NCBI GenBank assembly: GCA_049472335.1
Contig: JBLIRO010000003.1
Location: forward strand, 32,001 to 96,000
Reading direction: 5' to 3'
Origin: a bacterium
GTDB lineage: Bacteria > SZUA-182 > DTGQ01 > JAFGSM01
DNA length: 64,000 bases
Positions 35,857 to 45,809 of this stretch are shown in pieces. The notes under the pieces were generated by a model that made no database searches, was not told the DNA's origin, and saw nothing but the letters and a program-made list of their open reading frames with translations. The position numbers and the translations under genes are program-made. Numbering within the stretch: the first letter of the stretch is position 1; the number at the start of each line of letters is the position of its first letter.

Positions 35857-38214
35857 ATGTGGTCAGACATAAGTAACCAAATAGGCAATTTGCGGGTACG
35901 AGGAGCCGGGGCAGACACCCCGGCTCTCCGGCTTACCTTGTCCGGACTTTTTAATAATATTGATATTAAACCCCCCGGGGCACATCCTACAGCTATTTTG
36001 ATCATCAGGCATATGATGGATCCAATGCCCGGGACTTTGATGGACCATGGAGGCATCAGGCGGATTAATCCGTCTTGGGAAAAGGCTATGCAGATTTCTT
36101 TGTCAGAAGTTTATAAAGATGCTGAGAGGCCTGTAAACGGGCATATCAGCCCAAATGTCAAAGCCGTGCTTTTTGTCGATGAGGGGGAGATGCTTGCATG
36201 TCTTGCCCTGGATATGACAAAAAACGAAGTAATGAAAAATTGGTGGTGGAAGGTAATTATGAGAAAATTGTCCTCTCCATCTTTAGAAGGTCTGAAAACA
36301 TTCCTAAGTAAAGAGGCCTCTTTTCTGCCTGCTTTTATTCAATATCTTGACAAATGGGGAAAAGCTTATAAGGTTCTAAATTCCTTCTCTTCAGTGCAAA
36401 TAATGACACTCCTTTTTGCCATGGCACACGCTTATGACTTAAATGATCTTTCTTTAAAATATTTTAATAATATCCCTCTTAGGAATAAATTTCAGTCCGG
36501 CACGACATCTTCGGTGAATATGCCAGGGTCTGAAAGAGGAGAAGACCTTTCGTCTTATAATCTTCAAGCGCCCTGGGAGAGATGGTTTTCACTTAAGCCC
36601 CCTTCTAACAAACTGACAAAGGAAAGACAGTGCCTTCTGGGTTTGGGACTTAGTCTTCACCATTATCCGTACATTGTTAGAAGCACTGTATTTAAAAACA
36701 ACCTCAATAAATGGTGGGCATATGCACAGGTGCATACTGATGAACAAAGCGTGGACAATATAAATATGTTATCCCTAACCAGCCAAAAGGCAAAAGATAA
36801 CAAGGAGGGGAGATTCAAGACAAAATCATCAGATATTAAGTCACACCGATTACCAAAAAAGACATTTATATATCCTCAAACAAAATCTTCCATAACCCAA
36901 CCATCCAATGCTCAGACAGAGAATATAGCAAATATTGATGGAAGAAGTCTCATAAATGAACAAAGTTCTTTGAGCGAACCATCGAGACCATGGGATGACG
37001 ATACTAAAAAAATATATAGAAAAGGCTCTGTGAGCAGACCACCGCCATCATATATTGAAAACATAGAAAAAATTATTAAAGAAGGGCATATACATATACG
37101 AGGTCGATCAAGATTTCGCAAACATGATATATTATTACCTGAGAAAAAGAAGCTCTATAAAAAACAAGAGATCAAGGAAGAAGAAGCCCCGACGCACCCC
37201 TATTCTTTAAAAAATTCTTTATCAACTAAAAATCCGGATGCGAATCAGTATGGATCGTATTCTAATATACAAAATTCTTCTTTTAGAGAAGGCAGCCTTC
37301 AGGATTTTTCAATACAGAAAGAATTCCAGGCATCGAGAGAGAAATCGAATACTACAATGCCCATTGTTGCTTCTCTTTTTCAGGAAGGTGTGACGACCCG
37401 GTTGGGCGGAATCCTTTATTTAATCAATATAATGCAATATTTAGATCTTCCTGCCTGTTTTGAGGAGGATTGGGCGCTTGCCAGTCAAATAGGCTCCTGG
37501 GGCACGCTCGAAATACTGGGTCGTGCCCTGCTTGGACCGGACCATGAATATCTGAAAGATGACCCTATATGGGAAGCCCTTGCATATCTTAACGGACGTA
37601 AACCCGTAGAACTGCCAGGGAAGAATTTCCGAAAAGAAAAATGCTTTCGACTACCGGTAAAATGGCTGGCCAAAATAAAAGGAGGAAAAGAAAAAAGAAT
37701 TTGCTTCTGGGCTACAAATGGAAAGCGTTTGTGTATTTGGTCCAAAAAAGGATATCTGCTTGCGGATGTCCCCCGAAATGATGAAAAGTCTTTAAAGCAA
37801 GCAGAGGCTGAGCTTCTTGCCTGTATGGGGAATAGCTTTTCAGGATTAAGATCCGGCAATCTAAAAAGAAAATCCTTTGACCATGTCCCGCATGCAAAAC
37901 TTAGCAGTCCCTTAATAAAAGGACTTAATCCCGACTTGATCCACTGGATGGCTATGGTATTCCCTTATATAATTTTCTGTCTCCGGTTGGCATTTAATAT
38001 TAAAGACAAAAATTCCATGAAGGGATTACAATCTATAACTGAATTAGGAGAAGTATTGCTTCTCTATAAAGGCCGATTCTATGTAACATCTACCCACGTT
38101 GATTTGGTCTTTGGTATTGATGATATCTCCCTGCCCGTCCGTATGGCAGGATTTGACTGTAATCCCGGCTGGCTGCCGGATTTTGGAAGAGTCATACTTT
38201 TTCATTTTGAATAA
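35857..38214 (+). CDS. CIS tape-measure-like protein (Afp14-like)
   Basis: Directly upstream of the ATPase; C-terminal GGILYLIN...THVDLVF...VRMAGFDCNPGWLPDFGRVILFHF; low-complexity middle region. Confidence 0.65.
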   Translation: MWSDISNQIGNLRVRGAGADTPALRLTLSGLFNNIDIKPPGAHPTAILIIRHMMDPMPGTLMDHGGIRRINPSWEKAMQISLSEVYKDAERPVNGHISPNVKAVLFVDEGEMLACLALDMTKNEVMKNWWWKVIMRKLSSPSLEGLKTFLSKEASFLPAFIQYLDKWGKAYKVLNSFSSVQIMTLLFAMAHAYDLNDLSLKYFNNIPLRNKFQSGTTSSVNMPGSERGEDLSSYNLQAPWERWFSLKPPSNKLTKERQCLLGLGLSLHHYPYIVRSTVFKNNLNKWWAYAQVHTDEQSVDNINMLSLTSQKAKDNKEGRFKTKSSDIKSHRLPKKTFIYPQTKSSITQPSNAQTENIANIDGRSLINEQSSLSEPSRPWDDDTKKIYRKGSVSRPPPSYIENIEKIIKEGHIHIRGRSRFRKHDILLPEKKKLYKKQEIKEEEAPTHPYSLKNSLSTKNPDANQYGSYSNIQNSSFREGSLQDFSIQKEFQASREKSNTTMPIVASLFQEGVTTRLGGILYLINIMQYLDLPACFEEDWALASQIGSWGTLEILGRALLGPDHEYLKDDPIWEALAYLNGRKPVELPGKNFRKEKCFRLPVKWLAKIKGGKEKRICFWATNGKRLCIWSKKGYLLADVPRNDEKSLKQAEAELLACMGNSFSGLRSGNLKRKSFDHVPHAKLSSPLIKGLNPDLIHWMAMVFPYIIFCLRLAFNIKDKNSMKGLQSITELGEVLLLYKGRFYVTSTHVDLVFGIDDISLPVRMAGFDCNPGWLPDFGRVILFHFE

Positions 38215-38233
38215 ATGAGGAAGGAATATCAGG

Positions 38234-40360
38234 ATGAATTACTCTGAAACCTATGTATTCAAAAAGATACCCCAGAGTGTCAGAAATCACTTTAATATGA
38301 ACTTTTATGCGGCAGTTTATAGTCTTATCAACCATATTCGCTGCTTAAGCGAGCGGGGAGGAGAAGATCTCAAAATAATATTTGAGAAATATCCCTTTTT
38401 GAAAGGATATTTCACAGAGATAAATCAATATATGCCTGAAAATATAACGTGGAAAGGGGGCTTGAGATGGTGGGAGGGGGAGATCACTGCCTGGGAGCAA
38501 TCCGTCAATGAACCTTTACCATTGATTGCCCTTTCAGAGAAGGTGAATATAGCCTTTTATAGCCGAATTGCACTTATGATTATAGGCCTGGTTGAGGAGG
38601 ATTCCCGTTTCGGTACGGTTTTTGTCCAGCTTCAAAATCCTTTGCTTCATCGCAGGCCATGCCTTGAACTCGTAGGAAGAATTATGATGGAAGAAGGCGA
38701 CAATGGATATAAAGATCCCTGGAATATATGCCACCCCCTTTTTTCAGCAGGCCTTATTGATGTACTTAACAGGGATGCCCCCAGGTCAGAGTGGGTGCTT
38801 CGTATCCCTGATGTATTGTGGGACGTAATTAAAGGGGATGTTTTATTAAATCATACACCGTGGTATCAATACTATCCTTCCCAGGATTTCCAACTGATAA
38901 AGGAGCTTGTATTCCCCGATAAGTTTCTGGATAAATTGGAACAAATATCCCCGCTTGTGTTAAGCGGCAAGGCAAAAGCAATTGTTTTGCGTGGTATGCG
39001 GGGCAGTGAACATTTTAAGGTTATTGGGTCCTTGGCACGTGCCTTGGGCCAGAATATCATTACTATAGATGGATCTTTATCTCCCAATGAACGGCACTGG
39101 CAGATTCTGGGACCTGTCTGTTCCATAACTTGCTCTATGCCTGTTATAACCTATGATATGGGGCCGGGAGAAACAGCGGAATTACCCATTCTTAATGGTT
39201 ATAGCGGACCAATAGGCATCTTGATGGGGCTTGAAGGAGGACTTAGCGGTAAAGCTCTGGAAAAGATGGTTACTCTGACGTTACCCCCACTTAAATCAGA
39301 ACAACGTATGCGCTGCTGGCAGAAAGCCCTTGCAGGTTATAAGATTAAGAATCTATCCGAGATTTCGGAGCGATTTCATATTCCAGGAGATTATATCCGT
39401 CAGTCAGCAACAATGGCGATTGCCCATGCTGCACTGAATGGACGGGAGACCATTTTTCAAGATGACATACGTGAGGCATGTCGTGCGTTGAACCACCAGA
39501 TGCTTGATACATTAGCCGTACGCCTCGAGGCAGAAGGTTCATGGGATCGCCTTATTGTGAGTGAGGCAACGGAAGCCAAGCTTAAAGAACTGGAACTACG
39601 GTGCAAGTACAGGGAAAAGTTGCTCAATTATTTAGGACCGGCTTTTGGATCCTCATGTAATCGCGGTGTTCGGACACTTTTTAGCGGTCCCAGCGGAACA
39701 GGGAAGACACTGGCAGCTAAAATTTTGGCTGCTGTGCTGGGTATAGATATCTATCGTGTAGATCTGGCAGCAGTTGTAAATAAATATATTGGCGAGACAG
39801 AAAAAAACCTCCATCGTATCCTTTCTACGGCGGAAGAGCTTGATGTAATACTACTCCTGGATGAGGGGGATGCCCTACTGGGTAAACGTACTGAAGTAAA
39901 ATCATCGAATGACCGATATGCCAACCTGGAAACAAATTACCTTTTACAGAGACTGGAAAACTACCAGGGAATTGTGATAGTAACGACGAATCTAGGGGAA
40001 GCAATTGACACTGGCTTTCAGCGTCGTATGGACGTTGTTGTAAACTTTGTTCGTCCCCAGGCCTTGGAACGTTGGCAAATATGGCAACTGCACCTTCCTG
40101 AGAATCATGACGTAGACATTCCATATCTTGAGGATGTAGCGGTGCGATGCACAATGACTGGTGGACAAATCCGGAATGCTGCCCTTCAGGCAACTATGCT
40201 CGCACTTGATACTGGAAAAGGTATTCTCAGGTCCCAACATCTTGAGGCTGCAATACAAAGTGAATATCGCAAGGCCGGGGCCGTATGCCCGCTAAGCGAA
40301 AATGGCCGCTCATCTATACATTATGGGGGAATGGAGGCTTTTTTGGAAAGGCTTTGCTAA
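38234..40360 (+). CDS. eCIS AAA+ ATPase (Afp15/Pvc15-like)
   Basis: Walker A GPSGTGKT, VDLAAVVNKYIGETEKNL, Walker B LLLDEGD, DRYANLETNYLLQRLE, GGQIRNAA. Confidence 0.93.
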   Translation: MNYSETYVFKKIPQSVRNHFNMNFYAAVYSLINHIRCLSERGGEDLKIIFEKYPFLKGYFTEINQYMPENITWKGGLRWWEGEITAWEQSVNEPLPLIALSEKVNIAFYSRIALMIIGLVEEDSRFGTVFVQLQNPLLHRRPCLELVGRIMMEEGDNGYKDPWNICHPLFSAGLIDVLNRDAPRSEWVLRIPDVLWDVIKGDVLLNHTPWYQYYPSQDFQLIKELVFPDKFLDKLEQISPLVLSGKAKAIVLRGMRGSEHFKVIGSLARALGQNIITIDGSLSPNERHWQILGPVCSITCSMPVITYDMGPGETAELPILNGYSGPIGILMGLEGGLSGKALEKMVTLTLPPLKSEQRMRCWQKALAGYKIKNLSEISERFHIPGDYIRQSATMAIAHAALNGRETIFQDDIREACRALNHQMLDTLAVRLEAEGSWDRLIVSEATEAKLKELELRCKYREKLLNYLGPAFGSSCNRGVRTLFSGPSGTGKTLAAKILAAVLGIDIYRVDLAAVVNKYIGETEKNLHRILSTAEELDVILLLDEGDALLGKRTEVKSSNDRYANLETNYLLQRLENYQGIVIVTTNLGEAIDTGFQRRMDVVVNFVRPQALERWQIWQLHLPENHDVDIPYLEDVAVRCTMTGGQIRNAALQATMLALDTGKGILRSQHLEAAIQSEYRKAGAVCPLSENGRSSIHYGGMEAFLERLC

Positions 40361-40535
40361 TAAAATTTGCAAAATTAACACAATGAGTTCTATACAAATA
40401 AAATTAAAATCAAAAGAAAAGAAGTCCGGTTTTAATAGTCATTCTGACACAATGAATAAAGATTCAAAATATTTTAGGGCAGTTTTTTACCTTAATTAAA
40501 ATATATAGAATATCCAATGAGGAAACACAATTACT

Positions 40536-41327
40536 ATGAGTTTACGAAGAACTAAAATAAGAAGAAAAACTAAATCAAGACAATTATATTACCCTCAAGA
40601 AAGTAATCAGGAAAACGAACATTCTGCTTCAAAGGCCGAAGCAAATCGAGCGAGTTCATTTTACTCTGCAGGACCTGTTTTTGGTCTTTACACTATGGAG
40701 AAAAAAAATGAAAACAATACCAAACAAAACAGAGAGAATTTACCATCTGTGTCACCAATCCAGGGAAGAGGAGATCCAGAACTGGTTACCGTTTCCAGCA
40801 ACAATCTGCGCTTAAGTGGCCGTACCGATGCCCAATTTGATGGCGGAAGGTTCTGGACTGAAAACGTTCGTGTAAGACCGGGTCAGGATTGCAGAAATTG
40901 TTCCGGAGACGATTGTCTTCATCTAACAGGCAGGTTGGTCGCCAGATACAGGGTTACGACAACAGTTACACTGCCGAGTGCAGATGATTTTCCGGATCTA
41001 ACACCATGCCAGCGGCGACGTGTCCAAGATGCAATCGATAATGTTTTAGCTCCCCATGAACAAGATCATGTAAGGGCCTTTGAGACCTATAATGGCACAA
41101 CAAGACGTCATTTTGACCTTACAATATGCCGCAGTGAATTTGAAAGTACGATTCGTTCCATGTTTGAAGAAGAAGAACGTGAACGCCGAAACGCCGCCCA
41201 AGCTGCAAGCGATAGTTTGGACCCTTTCCATATTGATGTGAACTTAAACTGTGAAGAAGAGCAAGAATCTGCCGGAGAAGGCGGTGTACCAGGAGGAGAT
41301 GAGGGAGAAGACGAACCAGAGGATTAA
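40536..41327 (+). CDS. Putative eCIS cargo with HExxH zincin-like motif (DUF922-like)
   Basis: Basic disordered N-terminus, FYSAGPVFGL motif, VLAPHEQDHV, acidic tail; follows the ATPase. Confidence 0.6.
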   Translation: MSLRRTKIRRKTKSRQLYYPQESNQENEHSASKAEANRASSFYSAGPVFGLYTMEKKNENNTKQNRENLPSVSPIQGRGDPELVTVSSNNLRLSGRTDAQFDGGRFWTENVRVRPGQDCRNCSGDDCLHLTGRLVARYRVTTTVTLPSADDFPDLTPCQRRRVQDAIDNVLAPHEQDHVRAFETYNGTTRRHFDLTICRSEFESTIRSMFEEEERERRNAAQAASDSLDPFHIDVNLNCEEEQESAGEGGVPGGDEGEDEPED

Positions 41328-41378
41328 CATATTCCTCGGGTATGCCTTTAATTTATTCATACTTAAGATTCAATTCTT

Positions 41379-44300
41379 ATGAGTGCATTACAAACTAAAA
41401 CAAAACCGAAATCAAAAAAAACCGATTCTCACCATCATTTTAATGGTGCAAGTAACACCATGTGTACGCATAGCCCTTCTTCTGATTCATGTTCACAATT
41501 AAGTGCATTCTATTCCGCAGGACCGGTTTTTGGTCTTTCCTCTCCAATACAAACAAAGGTTGTCATTAGTCGGCCCGGCGATCCTTATGAGAAAGAGGCT
41601 GATTCTGTAGCCGATCGGGTGATAGCCGGGGAACAAATCCCGGGTATTTCACACATCCCTCCGGGTGGCTTGGGCAGTAATGTTGTCCAGAATCAAAAAA
41701 ATGAAGAAGAACAAGAAGAAACCCAGGTTCAGGCTTATTTCTTACAATTACAGGAGGAAGAAGAGGAAAAGGAGCCTGAAGAAATTTCCTCAGTGCAAAC
41801 CCAATTGTTACAATGTCAGCCGGAGGAGGAAGAAGAACAAGAAGAAGCCCATGTTCAAGCTTATTTATTACAATTGCAGGAGGAAGAAGAGGAAAAGGAA
41901 CCTGAAGAAACCTCCTCTGTGCAAACCCAATTCTTACAACGTCAGCCGGAGGAGGAAGAAGAACAAGAAGAAACCCAGGTTCAGGCTAATTTTTTACAAA
42001 TGCAGGCGACAGATGAGGAAAAAGAGCCGGAAGAGGAGACGATTTTACCCCAGCCCTCACAACAACAAGCAATGGAAGAGGAAGAAACTGAGAAAATTTT
42101 GACTCAGCCAATCCTCTTGCAAAGACAGGTGATGGGAGAGGAAGAACCTGAGAAGATATCGGTTCAGTCTAAGATTATGCAGAGACAGGTTGTTGATGAA
42201 GAAATCGAAGAACCTTCGGAGGAGTCAAGTGAGGAGGAACTTCTTCAGACCAGGTTTTCTGCTGATGGTACTAATTTAGTACAACGGCATATACAGACAA
42301 AGAGTTCAGAAGAGTGTCCAGAATGCCTGCTTCAAGCTAAATTAATTCAAAAGCAAGATATGGAACAAGATGTGGAAGAAGAGGAAGAGCAAAAAGAAGA
42401 GATAGTTCAAACAAGTCAAAGTTCCGGGGGTAATGCTACCAAATCTCCATCTATGGCAAGTTCTGTGTCTAATGCTACAGATAATATGGGGTCCGGTGAG
42501 TCACTAAAGCCTTCCACACAAAGGGTATTAGAATCGCGTATAGGGATGGATCTAAGCGATGTACGGATACACAATGACAGCGCTTCATGGGAAGCCACAC
42601 GCGCACTTAAAGCCCGTTCCTTTACGCATGGGAATGATATCTGGTTGGGGCCGGGTGAGTCGCAAGACGATCTCCGTCTGATGGCCCATGAGGTGACACA
42701 TGTTTTGCAGCAAGATGGCATTGTTCATTGCAAGCCTGTATCAGATGATGAGGATCAAGAAGAGAATCAACCCGAAGAAAGTGTTGAGACTCCCTCTGAA
42801 GAAAGGCCTGTAGCGATAGATAATGCCATGCCTGGACAAGATCGTGAGGCTTCTGAAGCTCGTGTCTCCCCTGCTGATACAGCAGAGGTTATGAACATGG
42901 CTACTCCCGAAGAAATAGCTCCCTCGGCAGAACCCATGGAAGAAGGGACCACTGAAGCTGCAGCACAGCCCACTCCGCCGCCAGCCGAGGCTAATGTACC
43001 TTTAACTGTTGCACTTGAAGAAGCCCCAAGCGAGTCTCAGGCTGCGGCGGAGACAGCGGTGGAAGAACCCGCTGCACAAGCCGAAAAAGCAGGGGCTGCA
43101 GTCGATGAAATCGTTGCGAATGAGGAGGCACAAGTCAATGAGGTGAAAAGTGCGGGGATGGCTCAAGCTGATAGTGCAGCCGAACAAGCGGAAGCAGATC
43201 CATTGCCTTCACTGATCGACTTTCTAGGACCTATCGAAGAAGTACCTTCATCGGAATCACAGGGAGAAATCACCGGACTTGCCAACAATGAGTCGCAGAC
43301 GTATACCGATATGGAATTTGCAACTGGCTTGGCCAGTACACCCACCGTCGAATCAGGATTCGAGACTGAGCCGACTATAACAGTCATGCGAATGCCTGAA
43401 ATTGTTTCTACTGAGGCAGATGCTCGTGAAGAAGGCGAGTACGACCCCGAGGAAGCACGAGCCGAAGTACAAAGTATAGTGGCGTCAATAACAGGATCAT
43501 CGGAAGAGACGCAACGGCGTGTTGAGATGCAGGCTGAGGACGTAAGAGCGAACTTGATATCGAATGCAGAGATCCTGCGCCAGTCAGTCCAGTCACAGGT
43601 AGCGGCAAGTGTGGCTTCCCTTCACGGAGCCTTTGATGCTGAACGTGCATCACTCGAGGTCTCATTGGAAACGACAAGCACCCAGGTTGCCACAACGCTG
43701 GAAGCATGCCGAGCGGAGGCAGTTACCAGTGGTGAAGCAGCCAAAGCCAGACTCACTAACTTATTTGCGCAGCACCGGACGAATGTTCAAACGACTGTTC
43801 AGGATAATGTCGCTGCGGCCGAAGAGATACGTACTGAATATGCAACGGAAGTTCATGAGCGTACTCAGACCCAGGCGACTGAAGCGCGCCGACGTGGACA
43901 GGCTAAGGCTTCATCCTATCCCGACACAGAACGGGGTCGTGTTCAAGCGAACGCTGCGAGAGGCGTTGCAAACGAAACTGCCCAAAAAATAGAGGAGAGG
44001 GAGCCGGAAGCTGTAGAGGCTATCGAGGAGGCTACGGTCGACCTTCCGGAACAGTTCCAGGAACAGGGCCAAGAAGTACTTAATGGCTTCGACGAGAGAT
44101 TGCCCGATTTACTGGACGGTGTTGATCAGCAAGTTCAGGCTGTTACCAGTGCTTTGGATGAACAGGCTACCCAAGCATACCAACAACTAAACACGATGGG
44201 AACACAGATGCTCGAGCAACTAAACGCGCTCGAAACAGCCGCTGTGGCACGCGCAGAGGCAGTTGGCCCCCAGGTCGAAGCACAGATAGACAGTCGATTG

Positions 44301-45803
44301 GAGATTGTACAAACTCAGATTGACGAAGCGACACCTCAGGCAATCGGACAAGTCAGCCAAATAGGAGATGAAGCGGCCCAAGTTCTTCTCAACATGGAGA
44401 CACCTGATGTGGAGGCCTCGCACGAGTTTGCCAATCAAATCCAAACCTTTATGACTGGCATAGCTGACACAGCGTCTGATGGGCTGCAACAAACCTGTGA
44501 TCAAACGGATGATGAGTTTTATCAGGCAGAGACAGCCACCATTGAAACACTGCAGGAGATCGAACAACAGACCGCTGATGAACTGTACACAATGCGCGAA
44601 ACAACCAATACGACACTCACAGATTTTATAGCATGTGTTGAGGAGAACTTTGGGGAGGCTATTTTTTCACTGGAAGAAAGCTTCACGGAAACAGAAACTG
44701 AGATTGAAGAGGATCTGAGTCAGGCTGTTGAGGAATTAGCGGCGGATTTTGGTCAGGCATTACAGGATGCCGAAGAAGAAATCATCAATGCCGTCGATGA
44801 GGGCCTATCGAAGAATGATGAGGCGTTGGACCAGCTTGGTCCACAGATGCAGGAAGCAGCAGATGATGCAGCCTGGGATTATGATCATCCGATACTTTCC
44901 ACATTGGCCAGCATTGGTGCAATCGTCGCCGGAGTTATTGTTGGCATTGTCGCACTTGTCCTCTTAGTTGTTGCTGTAATTTTTCTTGTAAAAGCCTTAT
45001 TAGTCGTAGTGGCCTTTTCTGCCATATTAACCGCTGTTGTCAAAATTGTACTGGTGGTCGGTGGTATCGCCTTAGTAGCCTATGGTGTTTATGAGGCTTA
45101 TCAGGAACGTATAAGGGCAGGTGAAGAGGGCGGCTGGGCCACCTTTGGGAAGGCATTATTGGACTTCGCTGGGGTTACAGATATCTATCGGGCAGTGACA
45201 ACGCCGGGGCTCAGTCTATGGGAACGGTTCTTATTGTCTGCCAAAGGAAGTTTCAAGCTGGCAGGTACCTTACTTCTGGTATATTGCGGCTGGCGATTCG
45301 TGCGGGCCGGCGGCTTACGTAATGCCTGGAGAGGACTTATGAGAAGTTTGCGTCCATTTCGGCGTGCGTATCAGAAAGGTGGTCTACGTGGCATCTGGAG
45401 ACATCTCCGAGGCAGACCTGTTATCCCAGTAAAAGGTCCTGCTGGGCGTCATTATGCCGGAAGAGTTACTCAAGGAACACTCACTAGAGGGCGAAACACA
45501 GTAATTGAGCCAAGTGTTGACGTGGCAGGCGATGTGGCAGCTATAAATGCTGGTAAGGCGACTCGGATAGGCAACAATTACATCATCAATGGTCGTACCT
45601 ATGGAGTTGAACCAAATGGAACTCTATATCCAATATCTGGGCCAGGTTTTCACCAACTGAATAGAGGTGCATTCAAAGCGCTTGGAATCTATAATAAGTT
45701 TGGAAATACTTCACGAGCAACCGATATATTAAATGCTATGAATATTAGTAGTGCTGACCGTGATGCTGCACTTAGTGTTTGGAGAATTTTACAGGGAGGG
45801 TAA
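41379..45803 (+). CDS. DUF4157 (eCIS core domain) polymorphic toxin with acidic repeats, long helical region, TM segments and C-terminal toxin-like domain
   Basis: IQTK...PGDPYEKEAD.VADRV; DUF4157 pattern G.GESL...LESRIG.DLSDVRIHND...ARSFTHGNDI...LMAHEVTHVLQQ (~42489-42713); hydrophobic block ~44890-45090; basic C-terminal domain. Confidence 0.88.
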   Translation: MSALQTKTKPKSKKTDSHHHFNGASNTMCTHSPSSDSCSQLSAFYSAGPVFGLSSPIQTKVVISRPGDPYEKEADSVADRVIAGEQIPGISHIPPGGLGSNVVQNQKNEEEQEETQVQAYFLQLQEEEEEKEPEEISSVQTQLLQCQPEEEEEQEEAHVQAYLLQLQEEEEEKEPEETSSVQTQFLQRQPEEEEEQEETQVQANFLQMQATDEEKEPEEETILPQPSQQQAMEEEETEKILTQPILLQRQVMGEEEPEKISVQSKIMQRQVVDEEIEEPSEESSEEELLQTRFSADGTNLVQRHIQTKSSEECPECLLQAKLIQKQDMEQDVEEEEEQKEEIVQTSQSSGGNATKSPSMASSVSNATDNMGSGESLKPSTQRVLESRIGMDLSDVRIHNDSASWEATRALKARSFTHGNDIWLGPGESQDDLRLMAHEVTHVLQQDGIVHCKPVSDDEDQEENQPEESVETPSEERPVAIDNAMPGQDREASEARVSPADTAEVMNMATPEEIAPSAEPMEEGTTEAAAQPTPPPAEANVPLTVALEEAPSESQAAAETAVEEPAAQAEKAGAAVDEIVANEEAQVNEVKSAGMAQADSAAEQAEADPLPSLIDFLGPIEEVPSSESQGEITGLANNESQTYTDMEFATGLASTPTVESGFETEPTITVMRMPEIVSTEADAREEGEYDPEEARAEVQSIVASITGSSEETQRRVEMQAEDVRANLISNAEILRQSVQSQVAASVASLHGAFDAERASLEVSLETTSTQVATTLEACRAEAVTSGEAAKARLTNLFAQHRTNVQTTVQDNVAAAEEIRTEYATEVHERTQTQATEARRRGQAKASSYPDTERGRVQANAARGVANETAQKIEEREPEAVEAIEEATVDLPEQFQEQGQEVLNGFDERLPDLLDGVDQQVQAVTSALDEQATQAYQQLNTMGTQMLEQLNALETAAVARAEAVGPQVEAQIDSRLEIVQTQIDEATPQAIGQVSQIGDEAAQVLLNMETPDVEASHEFANQIQTFMTGIADTASDGLQQTCDQTDDEFYQAETATIETLQEIEQQTADELYTMRETTNTTLTDFIACVEENFGEAIFSLEESFTETETEIEEDLSQAVEELAADFGQALQDAEEEIINAVDEGLSKNDEALDQLGPQMQEAADDAAWDYDHPILSTLASIGAIVAGVIVGIVALVLLVVAVIFLVKALLVVVAFSAILTAVVKIVLVVGGIALVAYGVYEAYQERIRAGEEGGWATFGKALLDFAGVTDIYRAVTTPGLSLWERFLLSAKGSFKLAGTLLLVYCGWRFVRAGGLRNAWRGLMRSLRPFRRAYQKGGLRGIWRHLRGRPVIPVKGPAGRHYAGRVTQGTLTRGRNTVIEPSVDVAGDVAAINAGKATRIGNNYIINGRTYGVEPNGTLYPISGPGFHQLNRGAFKALGIYNKFGNTSRATDILNAMNISSADRDAALSVWRILQGG
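41703..42037 (+). repeat. Intragenic tandem repeat, 126-bp (42-aa) unit, about 2.6 copies, Glu/Gln-rich
   Basis: The VQA codons recur at 41727, 41853 and 41979, an exact 126-nt period. Confidence 0.9.
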
Positions 45804-45809
45804 AAAAAG

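Noticed and set aside
11827..40360. Prophage or type VI secretion system
   Set aside because: No capsid, portal, terminase or integrase, and no TssJ/L/M, TssK or ClpV recognised. DUF4255 cap, Afp15-like ATPase and DUF4157 cargo indicate an eCIS.
41665..42102. Lys/Arg-rich 145-aa ORF
   Set aside because: Alternative-frame shadow of the GAA/GAG-rich Glu repeat in the DUF4157 gene.
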